A stretch of DNA of 64,000 nt from Camelus ferus (lineage: Eukaryota). Shown here in pieces: positions 49,136 to 61,400 of this stretch (its first letter is position 1; each line of letters starts with the position of its first letter). Below the pieces are notes generated by a model. The model saw nothing but the letters and a program-made list of their open reading frames with translations, had not been told where the DNA came from and made no database searches. Position numbers and translations under genes: made by a program. The DNA lies in assembly GCF_009834535.1 (NCBI RefSeq), contig NC_045696.1, forward strand, positions 95,730,001-95,794,000, written 5' to 3'.

Positions 49136-49437
49136 CTTGCATTCATCACACTCTTTAACACACGAAGACCTCAACATAGTGGATGAGTTAAGACATTGTT
49201 CAAAATGGAACAGGATAATTTCCAAAAACTATCCTGCTAAAACACTAAGTTTTGAAGCCTATTTTGCTGATCTTTATAAATGGGATATAGAAGAGTAGTC
49301 CTAATTTCCTGAAGATTGCCTAGACACTTTTAGTTATAGTCATAAGAAACTGTTCAAGCCCAGCCTTGGTTTCAGACATCCTACTAAGCTTTTTCTTCAT
49401 GTGATTTCATGATTTTCTTCATGATTTCATATCATAT

Positions 49438-50042
49438 TGATGCAAGAAAACAGATATGGGGCAAGAGAAGGGCTGTGTCCCAGGCTTCAGTTGAGCCCCT
49501 GGGACGTGCCCTGCCAAGCGTGGGTCCTTGGTTTCACACAGGAAAGAATTTAAGAGCGAGCCACAGCTGAGTAAAGATAGATTTATTCAGAGAGATACAT
49601 TGAAAGGCAAGAGAAAGGCCATGAGATGTGGGGATTGGGTGTTCAGATTAGAAGTAGGTACACATTCCATAGACAGAATGCAGGCTGTCTCCAAAGAGAG
49701 AGGGGCGGCCATGAGGCGCTGTGTTGCTGGTTTTTATGGGCTTGGAGGCTTCATATGCTAATAAGTGGAAGGACCAGTCTAAGGGGAAAGGGCTGGGATT
49801 CCCAGGAAGTTGGCCATTTTCCACCCTTTGACCTTTTGAGGCTAGCCTTGGGACGGCCATGGTGCCTGTGGGCGTGTTACTCACCATGTTAATATATTAC
49901 AATGGGCATATAATGAAGCTCAAGATCTGCTAGAAGTTAAATCTCTCATCATCCTGAGCCTCAAGGCCTACTGGGGGTTGAATCTTCCACCAATTGTTGT
50001 GGCATTCCTTGAATGGCTGTACCCTGCCTCCTTCCTGTCTCA
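49438..50042 (-). mobile_element. Solo ERV LTR
   Basis: TGATGCAAG...GATTTATTCAG...CCTGTCTCA termini; CpGs partly retained. Confidence 0.7.
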
Positions 50043-50213
50043 ATGTCATAAATGTTGGTATGTCTGGTTGTTTTGGGTTTTATTTTATTTTCTGTCTTTT
50101 TCAAAATAAAAAAAAAATAAACCTGAAATTTCTAATTAAAAAAAAAAAAGAACTTGACCTGAGGAAGTTTGTCAAAGACACCAAAAGTTTTTAAACATTT
50201 GGCCAAGCAGGAC

Positions 50214-50776
50214 TGAAGGGGGATTAATAAAATGGCCGCACTTAGGCTAACAGATTGCTTATTCTTATGCTTGCTCTTAAAACGGTCAACTGACCTGACT
50301 GACTGGTTGCTACTCATGGCTCCAGGCCCATTGTTAAAACTAAAGCTATTGATCTTACTGTTTCTACTTTATTCCAGTAATTGAAAGAAATAATCAAGCT
50401 TGGTCTCTGAGTTCTTCTCCAAGGAGAAGGTTACAGGACTGTAACCTTACAAAATAGCCTGAATTACCAAGAAGACCACACCTTGAGTGCTTACGAGATA
50501 AAGAGATCTAACCACTGGCCTCTATAGCATCATGTCACCATTCTAAGTCTTCTGATGAGAAAATGATTCTGTTGCTTGTTATCAATACTTTATTGTTTGA
50601 GCTATATAACAACCCCACCCCACCCCCAAGGTGGGCTCACAGGTTTGAAGGCACTAGCCTCCTGTGAGTCCCCTTTGCCCAGCAAAGCAATAAAATTGCC
50701 TCTTTTCTTCTAAGCCCCAAGACCTTGTCTCTGGGTTATTTGGCTTGTTACAGACGGTGCCAGTCTTTCGGCAACA
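50214..50776 (+). mobile_element. Solo ERV LTR (copy A)
   Basis: TGAAGGGGGATTAATAAAATGGCCGC...AATAAA...GGCAACA; same family as 52771-53366. Confidence 0.85.
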
Positions 50777-52770
50777 CATTCACAAGTCACTGTGAAGCAA
50801 TATTTATTCACTTAATCAAAATGACAATAAAAGATTGCAAAGGCAATCTTTGAAACAGATTGCCTAAGAAGTAAAGAAACTTTACAATTTGTTATTAAAA
50901 GCAGACAAATATTTCAAAAAACACTTTGTCCCCTTAACAGAGAAAAAACAAACTCTAGTTTTGCACCATTTCATGTTTAGTGTTAAAATCATTCATTTAA
51001 TTAAATTGAATCTAGTCTTAAGTAGACCTAACCTTGCATGAAACTGTTTTCTCAGGGTTCTGTTTTTAAAATTAATTTCTAGAAATACATGACATTTCAT
51101 AGTACAAGCTTTCAATAAAGCACAAAACATATTTATTAATAGTCTCAAACATATTTAGTTTCTCTGTAATAAGGTCAAAAATAGGTAAACATAGACTTCT
51201 TTAACAATCAATGTTTTGTATTAAAGATAATCTAGATATTCAGTGAATTTCCATCATTTAATTTAGCAGAACTCGAAAGTTTCAATTTACAAAAAACTGG
51301 AGAAACTGTTTTTAAGTAGACATACCAAAAAAAAAATGATTATTTTTAAAGACTTTACCCTAAAGCTTTTATCTCATTTATCTTTATTTTATAACTTATG
51401 AAAATATAATCATACCAAGTTAATTTTCTCACTGACAAAGTCTGTAACAGAGATAACATGAGCTCAATAAACCTAGGTATAATAAAAGAATCATACTTAC
51501 TGCCGATGACTCTAAAGATGTGTGTATATTAATTAAACCATCAATTTAAACTTTTTTCATTCATTAATGATTAATCCTACATCAGGTGATCCTTTTAAAA
51601 TTTGGACTAATTTAAGTTACATTTAGAAATATTTCATACGTTAAATGCTTACTTTTAGTCAATTAAGTAAAGCTTTTAAAAATAAATTTTGATGACACCA
51701 TCTGGAGGTAGGGACATTGCGTATCTATAAAGTATACACAGACATACATACATCCAGATAGACACAGACAGAGACCTCATAGTTTTCCTGCTTGAGTTTA
51801 AAAAGTCTCTTTCTCCTTTTTTTTCTTTTAGTTTTCAGATCTACTAATTGAGCCAAGGTTGTAGTCCCAGGAGATGAGGGCTGTGTTTATATTTCAAGGA
51901 TACGATAAAAGTTATAACTTCAAGCTTTCTTCTGGGAATACTTTTGTTCTCTCACGACCAGAATTTTGAAAATACTTTATCAAGCCAACTCCTCTATAGT
52001 TTTAGAAGGTCAAAAAAGCTCCATCCTGGCCATTTAAGGGGTAAGTGCCTGCAAGCACTGGCTTCATTCCAATTGTACATGAAGCCAGCTAGAGTTCCAG
52101 TTGAGCGGCTGTCCATCTGGGAGCTATTTGGACTTTAAGGCATAGTTTCCCTTTGTTAATTTGGTAGCCTAACCCAGACAAGATCTGAACAACTTTCTGA
52201 GGGCAATGTGATGGATTGGATGTGTGTTGCTTCTTAGCTCCCCAAGAACTTACTTTTGGGTGGGTTTGACTCCCTTACATGTCTCAGCTTCTCCCTCTGG
52301 CAGAAACTGCCCTGGGCCCTCTGAGCACTAGGTGATCAGCTTTATCAGCTTTACCCCTTACTCCTCCCTTAAGCCTCCACTGGCGAGCATCCCACAAGTC
52401 TTGATATATATGTTTTTCAGTATCATTCAATTCAAGGTGTTTCTAATTTTTATAGTGAATTATCTTTTTGATCATAAGTTATTTAGTAACATGTTTGTTA
52501 CCTAAAAACATATGGGATTTTCTAATTATCATGTTATTATCTTCTAGCCTAACCACTGTAATCAGAAAATATTCTCTTATATGGTTTCCATCATTTTAAA
52601 TTTGATAATAATTGCTTTATGGCCATTAATATTTTTTAATGTTCCATATGTACTTGAAAAGAATGTGTATTATGCCATTATTTGTTACTAGGATTAATAT
52701 TTGTAATTTAAATCATTTTAGTTAACTTGTTGAAATCTTCTCTGCTTACTAATTTCTATTTTTCTTCTAT

Positions 52771-53366
52771 TGAAGGAGAATTAATAAGATGGCCGCATTT
52801 AGGAACAGACTGCTTATTCTTACGCTTGACCTTAAAACGGTCAACTAACCTGACTGACTAGCTGCAACTCATAGCTCCAGGCCTGTTGTTAAAATAAAGC
52901 TATTAATTTTACTGTTTTTACTTTATTCCAGTAATTGAAAGTAATAATCATACTTGGTTTCTGAGTTGTTCTCCAGGGAGAAGTTCATAGAACTGTAAAC
53001 TTACAGAACAGCCTGAATTACCAAGAAGACCACATCTTGGGGGCTTACAAGACAAAGAGATCAAAAAAGTGACAATCACTGGCCGCTACAGAATTGGTCA
53101 CCTGGAGGCATCATGACACCACTTTTAAGTCTTATGATGAGAAAATGGTTCTGTTGATTGTTATAGATGTTTTATTGTTTGAGCTATGGCTAGATAACCA
53201 CCCCACCCCACCCCCAAGGTGGGTTCATAGTTTTGAAGGCACTAGCCTGCTGCGAGTCTCCTTTGCCCGGCAAAGTAATAAAGTGGTCTTTTTCTTCTAA
53301 ACTCCAAGACCCTGTCTCTGAGTTTCAGTTTGGCTCATCAGAGACAGGGCTGATCTTTTGGCAACA
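52771..53366 (+). mobile_element. Solo ERV LTR (copy B)
   Basis: TGAAGGAGAATTAATAAGATGGCCGC...GGCAACA with TSD CTAT. Confidence 0.88.
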
Positions 53367-54400
53367 CTATCAGTTACTGAAAAAAATTGAATTAAAATCT
53401 TCCACTAATGATCCATAACTTTTGAAAATCCCCAAATCTCTCTCTGAGAAACCACAGAGAAATTTATGCAATAAAATAAAAAATTTATGGACAACATAAT
53501 GTGAAGCAAAATATGAGCCAGAATATATGCATACAATTCTCCAAGTATGAACACGGTATAATCCACCAACAACCCCAAGGCCTGTGTGGCATCAGCATCT
53601 GTGTGGGAGGAAGCAGAGGGGAGCAACAGAGCATCTGATAGACTAAGGACTCACCAACAAAGATTCACCGAAAATCTTGGTAAGAAATTTGGAGAGCAGT
53701 TGAAACTGGCAGGGATTTGCACATCCTATTGGTAGGTGAGTACAAGCTATCTGCAGTTTGACCTGAAGTAGCTAGAATAGGCTGAATCCTACTAGCCCTA
53801 ACAATAACCAATCAAGGCCTCTTCCAGGACAGAGCTCCACACTGAGAAGAAACTGCTGGGAATAAAACCCTAATTGAGCAGGACAGAGAAAAAGATGATG
53901 CAGATTAAATGGTTGGGGAAAAATGGAATGTTTCACAAGAACAACAGAAGAGGGAGCTCAAGAGTCAAAGTTAGAAAACAAAATCATTTCTTCCCTTCTA
54001 AACCTTAAGATAACTAATTTCATGTAAAAATGAGCATCAGAAAATGACTAGAGTTAAATGTTACTCAGATTTAATATAAGAGCAAGCATAATAAGAAGCA
54101 GATTAACCTCTCTACAGGCAATGAAAGCATAACAGAAAAACTTACTCACAAAGCAGAGGAAACTATATCCTAATGTTTTAAAATTACCCCAAATTATTAA
54201 GACAACAATCTACAATGTGAAAGAATAACATAACCCAAATTAATAAAAACTCAAAAATCAATTAATAACATCAAGAAATAATTCAGAAAACAACATAAAA
54301 CAAGACATTTCAAAAATGAAGACTAGATCAGAATGAACACAAAGGAGAACAAAGAATACAAATAATGTCATAGGGGAAATATAGCTTGAAAATTAGGAAA

Positions 54401-54488
54401 GGTGGGGAAGGTACAGCTCAGTGGTTGAGTGCATGCCTAGTATGCACAAAGTCCTGGGCTCAATCCCCAGTATCTCCATTTAAAAAAA
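54401..54488 (+). mobile_element. Camelid-type tRNA-derived SINE (short form)
   Basis: GGGGAAGGTACAGCTCAGTGGTTGAGTGCATGCCTAG...GGGCTCAATCCCCAGTATCTCC plus A tail; TSD AAAATTAGGAAA. Confidence 0.85.
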
Positions 54489-54829
54489 AAATTAGGAAAA
54501 AGTTCAAAATAAAAAGGAATTTAATGGCTACATACTATATGATTCTAAATGTATACGATATTCTAGGGAAGGAAAACTCACAGAGCTAGAGAATAGATCA
54601 GTAGTTGTGAGAAGCTAAGGGAAACAGGAGGAAATGTTTTGGGGTGATAATGTAAATGTTAAAGGTAAATATGAAGAAGAGATTAGGAACAAGATTAAAA
54701 TGATGTTTTAAAACCAACAACAAAAAAAAGAACACAGGGAAAGAACATCCAACAGATATTATGAAATAAAGAAAAACTAAAGCAAGAGAATGGAACAATT
54801 ACTAAAAACTATAATTCAAGATTTCCCTG

Positions 54830-54833
<4 letters not shown>

Positions 54834-54911
<78 letters not shown>

Positions 54912-54945
54912 GAAGAATATATATATCCTTCTCCCTGGTTATACA

Positions 54946-54976
<31 letters not shown>

Positions 54977-55040
54977 GTATTTCCCTAAAATTAAATATAT
55001 ATAAATATATATTCATATATATATAATATATATATACATG
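54834..55040. repeat. Compound (TA)n/(CA)n microsatellite
   Basis: Direct reading. Confidence 0.9.
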
Positions 55041-55519
55041 TGTGTTTGAAACTAGATACTGATAAGGTAAATGACATATGGAGGAAAAAAATCAAACCAG
55101 AATAACACTGAGACATAGTTTAGTAAAAATTACTAGACGTTAAAGAAAAAAATAATAATCTCTTGCACATTAAGGAAAAATGACCAAGTAACTTACAGGA
55201 GAAAGAAAAATCAAAAATTTTCAGATATTTTATAGCAACTTTAAGGCCAAAAGAAAATTTCATATATACATATATATAGATACAGATAATACGTCAATGA
55301 TTTTTCTATCCAGTTAAAATAAATTTCAAATATAATGGTTGAAGAGAACTACCATCAATATCCAAGAACTCAAGAAATTTCATCCCTGTGAGTTCCTCCT
55401 TTGGAATGTTAATGTGACAGCATCAAAAAACACTGAGAAAGGATTGAACAGCCAAATTATTAGAGAGACAGCAAATAAAAACTAATGGTGAGCATTTAGT
55501 ATACATTTACATGTACAAC

Positions 55520-56069
55520 TGAAATGGAGCAGGAGTGGGGTCCTCCCTGGTACAAATCCTTTCTGTGTCCTCTGCTTCTCGTTTGTAAGAAATAGGCTTC
55601 ACTCAACCTCCTTGACCTTCCCCAAGTTCCAAAGGGCAGATTCAAACAGTTGCTAACCAGAGAAGGGAGGGGATGCAGAGACAAGGGGGAATAGTCAAGA
55701 AATAATTGCACAGCCTTGGGGCAGGGTTCTGGTTCCTCCTCAAGGAATACATATACATAACCACATCTCTGACTTCTTCTAGAGGAACTAAGGCGCCTAC
55801 CCAGGTGGAGGATGGCAACTTCAGGTGCAGCACAAGATCCCTGGCACCACCCTGTTACCTCACCGCAAACCAATCAGAAGAAAATCACACACTCTGCAAC
55901 CCTCATGCCAAATTTTGCCTATAAAACCTTTTCCCCGGAAACTATTGTGGAGTTCAGGTTTTTTCGAGTGCGAGCTGCCTGTCTTCTTTGCGTGGCCCTG
56001 TAATAAACCTTTCTCTGCTCCAAAAATCTGATGTTTTGGTTTGTTTGGCCTCACAGTGAGTTGGTAACA
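55520..56069 (+). mobile_element. Solo ERV LTR
   Basis: TGAAATGGAGCAGG...CCAATCAG...CTATAAAA...AATAAA...GGTAACA. Confidence 0.8.
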
Positions 56070-56149
56070 TGAGTAGGAACAAATGTGGCCATGACAGAGT
56101 ATAGCATACAAGGTCTACATGCTAGGAATATGTAGCTAGAGTACAACTA

Positions 56150-57670
56150 TTAAGAAAAAAATGTAGCAGTGAGAATACATATCCCCAGATGTTTATTTCT
56201 AAATATCATTATCCAATAAAAGAAACCTGGGCTCACTGAAGAACTGGCTTGTGCTTGGACAAGGCAGGATAAATACAAAATAAGCCTGAAGCTTCTTGTG
56301 GTGCCAGAAATAAGAGTGCTCAAAAATCAGAAGAATAGAGCATGTCAAAGGCACACAAGAGCCAAACTGAAAAAGCTGTCAGTGACCAAAGCTGGAACAA
56401 TTTGAGCATCGAAATAAATAATATAGTACTAGTTTATAACCTAAATACAAAACAAATGTATGTAAGCCCCTACTGACACAAGTATATGATTGACTAAATA
56501 AACAAATGGGAGAGAAGAGACAAATTTTCCCCACCAAAGAATTCCAAATAAATGATGTATATCTTTCCCTGCAAGAGGTAGAGTTTAATTCTCCCTACTC
56601 CTTGGGTGTGGCTGGACTTAATGACTTGCTTCTAAAGAACAGGAGTATGGAAAAATGGAGGGAAAAGTAACTTTACAGTGTAGACACTTACAAAAGCTAC
56701 TTTGGCCAAATGAATAAGGTTAATATCCTCAGTTACAAGTTATGTTGACAGCATTGTATCCCCTGATATGATAATATGAAGACTGCAGTCTTCCTTCCAA
56801 AAGCTCATAGTACAGTATGATGATGAGAAAACATAAGATAAATCCAAATTGAGGAACATTCTACAAAATACTTAACCAGTACGCCTCAGAACTCTCAAGG
56901 TCATGAAAAACAAAGTCTGAGAAACTATCTGCTAGAGGTGGTCATCAAGAAAATGTGACTGCTGGTTTCATGGTGAGCTGGGTCCTGATAGTTGGCGGCT
57001 CCTCACACCCACTCCTGTCTTTGGTATATGCTTCCCATTTGCTTTTGCTGCTTCTAGAAGCTGCTGCAAGCACAGACTAGAGATCGTAATGTGTTGATGA
57101 GACTTGTCTGGACTGTGGGTGTGACTTAATTCAGTTAAGGCCTCTATGAAAAGCCTCTAATGTAAGCCTTTCATGATTCTGGCTGGCAGGTGCAGAAATC
57201 TACTCGTCATGTGACTGCACAAAACAAGCCTCAAAAAGTTAAGTTTTCTTGCTTATTAAACCTGCTACCCAGGAATCTGAAGTGATCTGACTATTTTTTT
57301 GATCTCTCCCTGCCATCCATGTTTGGGGCAGGTTTCAGATTAGACCCAGTTTCAAATTACAGGAAGCTCCTGGGTTTCAAACTAACACTATGACAGACCA
57401 GAGGAGACTGAACAGACATGACAACTAAACATAAGATGGTATCCTGGATTAGCTCCTGGAATAGAAAAAGGACATTATTGGAAAAAAAAACTTGTGAACT
57501 CTAAATAGTCTGGAGTTTAGTCAAGAGTAATATTCTAATGTTGGTTTCTTAGTTTTGAGAAATATATTATGGTTATGTAAGATGTCAAAAATGGCTGAGA
57601 GGTATATAGGATTTCTCTGTACTCTGAACTTTCTGAAAATCTAAAAATCAAAATATAAGATTTATTTTAA
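56150..57670 (+). mobile_element. L1M 3' region with an LTR insertion (~56930-57387)
   Basis: CCAAAGCTGGAACAATTTGAGCA...AAATCCAAATTGAGGAACATTCTACAAAATA...GTATCCTGGATT. Confidence 0.65.
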
Positions 57671-58884
57671 AAAATGGGAAGCAAATAGGGAGAGCCCATG
57701 CAAATAACTCTAAAGCCTTAAAAAAAAAAAAACCACACTGCTGGTGATAGCATTATTCTGGAAACAATTTCTGTATAATACAGGATAAAGCAGGTGAACA
57801 ATTATATATTATAACTCTATCATCTCCAGTGTACATGAGAACAAGGACTCTCAGAATGAAGAAAAGGAGATAGAGATGTTAGCTAGAAATGTTGATAAGC
57901 ACTCTGTTGTCCTGGCTTTGAAATGAAATATCAATATCAATTTCAGGTATTTTATCCAAGGAATAAATATTAGTGATAACAGGCATCACTTCCTACTTAC
58001 AATTTCAACTGTAAATTTGTAAATTTTCATTTGTAAATCTCAAACTCCCAAATTTATCCCCTCCCACCCTTCATTTTCTTTTTCAGCTACTTGTATCTTA
58101 CCCATGCTTTTTAGGTTTTTAAATATTTTACCCTCATTGGCCTACAGCAGTCGCTTATAATTATTTTAATATTTCCTATGCCCTTTTTCATTCCTAATAT
58201 TGTATTTTTTAAATTCTGTGAACCTAGATGAGGGTTATTTGTCTTATTGGTCATCAAACATTATAAGCTTTTGATTTACTTACCTCTCATTTTTGTTTTT
58301 CATAAGTGGTTAAAGCATAAGCCTTTTTTAATCTTAGAGAAACATTCTAATGTACATTTACATCTTTGTTTACCCAAAATGTTATACACACAAACACACC
58401 CCACGCATACACACATCTAAACATATACACATCTATATTCATAAAATTACTGTGACACCAGCGATTTGGTTAAATACTTCCCTTTGTCTCTTTGGTAATA
58501 TTTTACACGCTTATTTTATGACGGAATTAATGTCCAAATATTCACATTATTGGGAAAAGGTGTAACAATAAATAGCACAAAGGTGGTGGAATACAAAAGC
58601 ATATACATTTGACCCTACTGTGCAAGCCATACCTTGTGAAAACAGGAACAACAACATACGTCAACCGGCGCCTTTTTGAAGTGAGGCAGTAGTTCAGGCC
58701 TCTTATCGGGTGCAAGCTGCAGGGAGGTCAGTGAACAGAATGATTTGAGATGAGGCAAAACAGGCAAAAAGCACATAAAATTGAAAGCAGATGTTCTCAG
58801 TAAGTTTACATAAAAGCCGAAGATACATCACACGGACAGCAGTTGATGTGAATGCTTCCGATTCATAAAAAGACTGCTATGTGG

Positions 58885-59230
58885 CAAAACGCCCCCGCCC
58901 TTGCAATTACCGTGGTGGGCAGGGGAAGAAAAGCGCCTCAGCAGCAATCTCACAGGCCACTGGGCACCACGATGACGTCACCGCGTTGGAGTCGCGCGCG
59001 CGCACGCACGCTCATCTGCACGCACGCACGCTGCACGGCGCAACTCGGCTCGCGGAAGCACACGAAGGTCTGACGCGAAGGCAGCACAGGCACGGCGGAA
59101 GCAGGGCTGAGGCCGGGCTCACCCACCTGGGCCTCCGGAGCCCAGAGCGGTGCCGGTGGTGGCATTGCTGATGGTGGCTTTACGTGTGTCCAACGCTACC
59201 GCTGCTGCTACGTGCAAATCCTAGGTGGTG
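58885..59230. promoter_or_regulatory. Small CpG-rich island / promoter-like element
   Basis: Dense unmutated CpGs in an otherwise CpG-depleted window; GC box GCCCCCGCCC 58891-58900; palindromic CRE TGACGTCA 58973-58980; GCGCGCGCGCACGCACGC run; two GCGGAAGC ETS-type cores. Confidence 0.7.
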
Positions 59231-59719
59231 AAGGTGATTTCTGATGCAAGTGAATTGAAGTAAGTTTCGATGACGATACTTGTATATTAATTTTTTTCAT
59301 ATATATATATATATATAACGTTTGAAAAAGTGCCATGAGAAAATTTGCATATTGCAAGGTGGAGCCAGCCATATTCTTGGTTTGGGTACGTGCTGCTTTA
59401 ACTTCAGTGAATACAACAAATGTGATGAAAAAAGAAGAGAGTACTTCCTTCTGGAGAGGGCGTTAAACAAAGATACATTCAGATAATCTTCCTGGAACAA
59501 AGTTGGTGATTGTGTCTCGAAATGAGGCTTGGAGCACACTTCTGTGAACTCTCCTCCACATAGGCACGGGCTTGAAAAAGTTGTCCCAGTTATTGAAATC
59601 AATGAGAAACTTTTAGAAAAGACCTCTAGAGAGTTATGTGAGAAAACTAACAGTACTAGTGCATGTAATCCAAATGGAATACTGTTCTGAATTGATCTGA
59701 GCTAGATTACAAAGGAGTT

Positions 59720-61400
59720 ATGTCTAGAAGGCAAGTGATGTTGTGAGTTTATTTCACTAATCCATCTTCTTTTCTCCATTCCTATTGCCACAGTCTTAAA
59801 TTCACAGCACTCTATTGCTCCAAGTATTGTAGTTCTTTCCCTTATGCTCTCTTTCCACTCTTTCTCACCTTCCAGCCTATTCTCCGTTTTGTAACAACAG
59901 TATGTTTTAAAAGTACAAGTGTGATTGAGACTTTTCAATAACTTCACAATGCCCTTGGAGTCAAGGAAACAAATCTCACAGGGCCCTTCCATGATTTGCC
60001 CCACTAACCTTTGTAACCTCATTGCTCACTATACATTCTTCTGATATAACATTTATGGACTTTTCCTGTATTTTTTTGGACCAAGAGCCAAAGAAAGAAA
60101 GAAACTGATTGGATAAGCAAGGAGGAGACAAAATGAATCCACCCACACTCTTCTCAGGAAAAAAGCAAAACCAACCTACTTCTAAAAGTGAGCAATTAGT
60201 TACTGCCTGTTCCAGCAGTGTACAGGGTAGTGTCTTTCTTTAATCTCTAATTTTTTCCTACAAAGACCCATTGAGGATAATCTGTGAGACTGCATTCTGT
60301 TACACAGTGGGACAGGTTAAAAAAAGTAGCTAATCAGGTGAAACAGATGTAAGAGAGGAGGACCTGGGATATTCTGAAGGGTGGAGGAAGAAGGCAGAAG
60401 TATAGGTATGCTGCCAGGGTTTTGAAATATAAAGGTTAATAAAAATTACTGTCCCAGATTCCAAAACCCTTAGAGTCTAATTGGGGATATGCACATGCAG
60501 CAAATACTAAGATGATCACTAGATGGTAACTGTGTATAAACTGCTTCAGGTAATATAGAGGTGATATAGAAGAGATTTGTCTGTAGGAGTTTCTGGAGCT
60601 TTGGAACATGCAGATGGGGAAATCTTTTTGGATTTATGGGTTTTGAACTAATAACAATGGTCTCAGTAGAAGTCATAGATTAGAGAGTGTTCCACAGATG
60701 AATCAGAGCTGAACCTAGGAGACTAGGCAGTAAATGGGAGAAAAGATAGAATGACCAAGGGTTGAGCCCTGGAGATACCAGATTTAAAGGGGTGTTCAGA
60801 GAAGGACTTTATCTCACATAAAACTGGATGGAAGAGAAGTAAGGAGAGGACAGAGAGACAGTTCTTTTATAGACCTCATTGGAAGAAAGGGTTCTCTAAG
60901 ACAAAAGTTGGCAGGAGTTTTAAATGAGGAAAAGAAGTTGTATAGAAAGAACAAGCACAAAAAATACCCTTAGATTTAGGGGGAAAAAAAAAAGATGGTA
61001 GATAGTTGACAAACTTAGCCACAGCAAGTTAAAATGAATGGCCAGGGCAAAACATGAAGTGATAGATTGAGGAGGGTATACATTATGAGTATGTAGAAAA
61101 AGAGTATAATTTATTTTTAATTGAAGTTGGGTACAAAAGGAAAGGCGAGTGATGGACAGAAGATTGGATAAATGGTTAAGAAAGGTTTATTAAGATTGTC
61201 TTTCTTTTTGTTTTAACTTTAAGATGAGAAAACCAAGATATGATTATGTGCTAAGGTAGAAGAACAAATAAAGTAAGAGATTTTTAAAGATATTGGAAAG
61301 AAAGAAAATAACTCTTAGGAAAAGATCCCTGAAGAGGTGGGAGGTGAGAGGGAAGTAACCCAGCAGAGGTAAAAGAAACAGGAGAAGAGAGTAAACACAT
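59720..61400. mobile_element. L2 LINE remnants
   Basis: Pyrimidine-rich L2-like text at 59740-60060 and purine-rich antisense L2-like text at 60480-61400. Confidence 0.5.

Larger units (their letters stand above)
45890..50149 (+). pseudogene. HAUS2: HAUS2 (augmin subunit 2/CEP27) processed pseudogene; disrupted CDS 45924-46619 plus long 3'UTR interrupted by LTRs
   Basis: [23 protein letters not shown]...[14 protein letters not shown]...LEKDTAD / [40 protein letters not shown] ... VQTVNAK*. It is intronless, with frameshifts and stops. AATAAA at ~50115-50120 and an A-tail at ~50138-50149, after which the host ERV sequence resumes. Confidence 0.92.
44640..52400 (-). mobile_element. ERV1-class internal region (pol remnant + MER4-group-like int), host of the HAUS2 retrocopy and an LTR
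   Basis: Minus strand KLDLVAKGLPPCVRVISATA (RT connection, ~45405-45465) and TKSDTMEAKGDQLADAAA (RNase H, ~44750-44805); int text is continuous across 45890/50150. Confidence 0.75.

Noticed and set aside
50214..53366. Two same-orientation LTRs ~2 kb apart that look like a provirus
   Set aside because: Copy B has its own TSD (CTAT). The intervening DNA is older, oppositely oriented ERV-int plus L1, and I see no PBS after copy A. These are independent solo LTRs.
58852..59171. Three ORFs over the CpG patch
   Set aside because: Expected by chance in GC-rich DNA; low-complexity and no recognisable domain.
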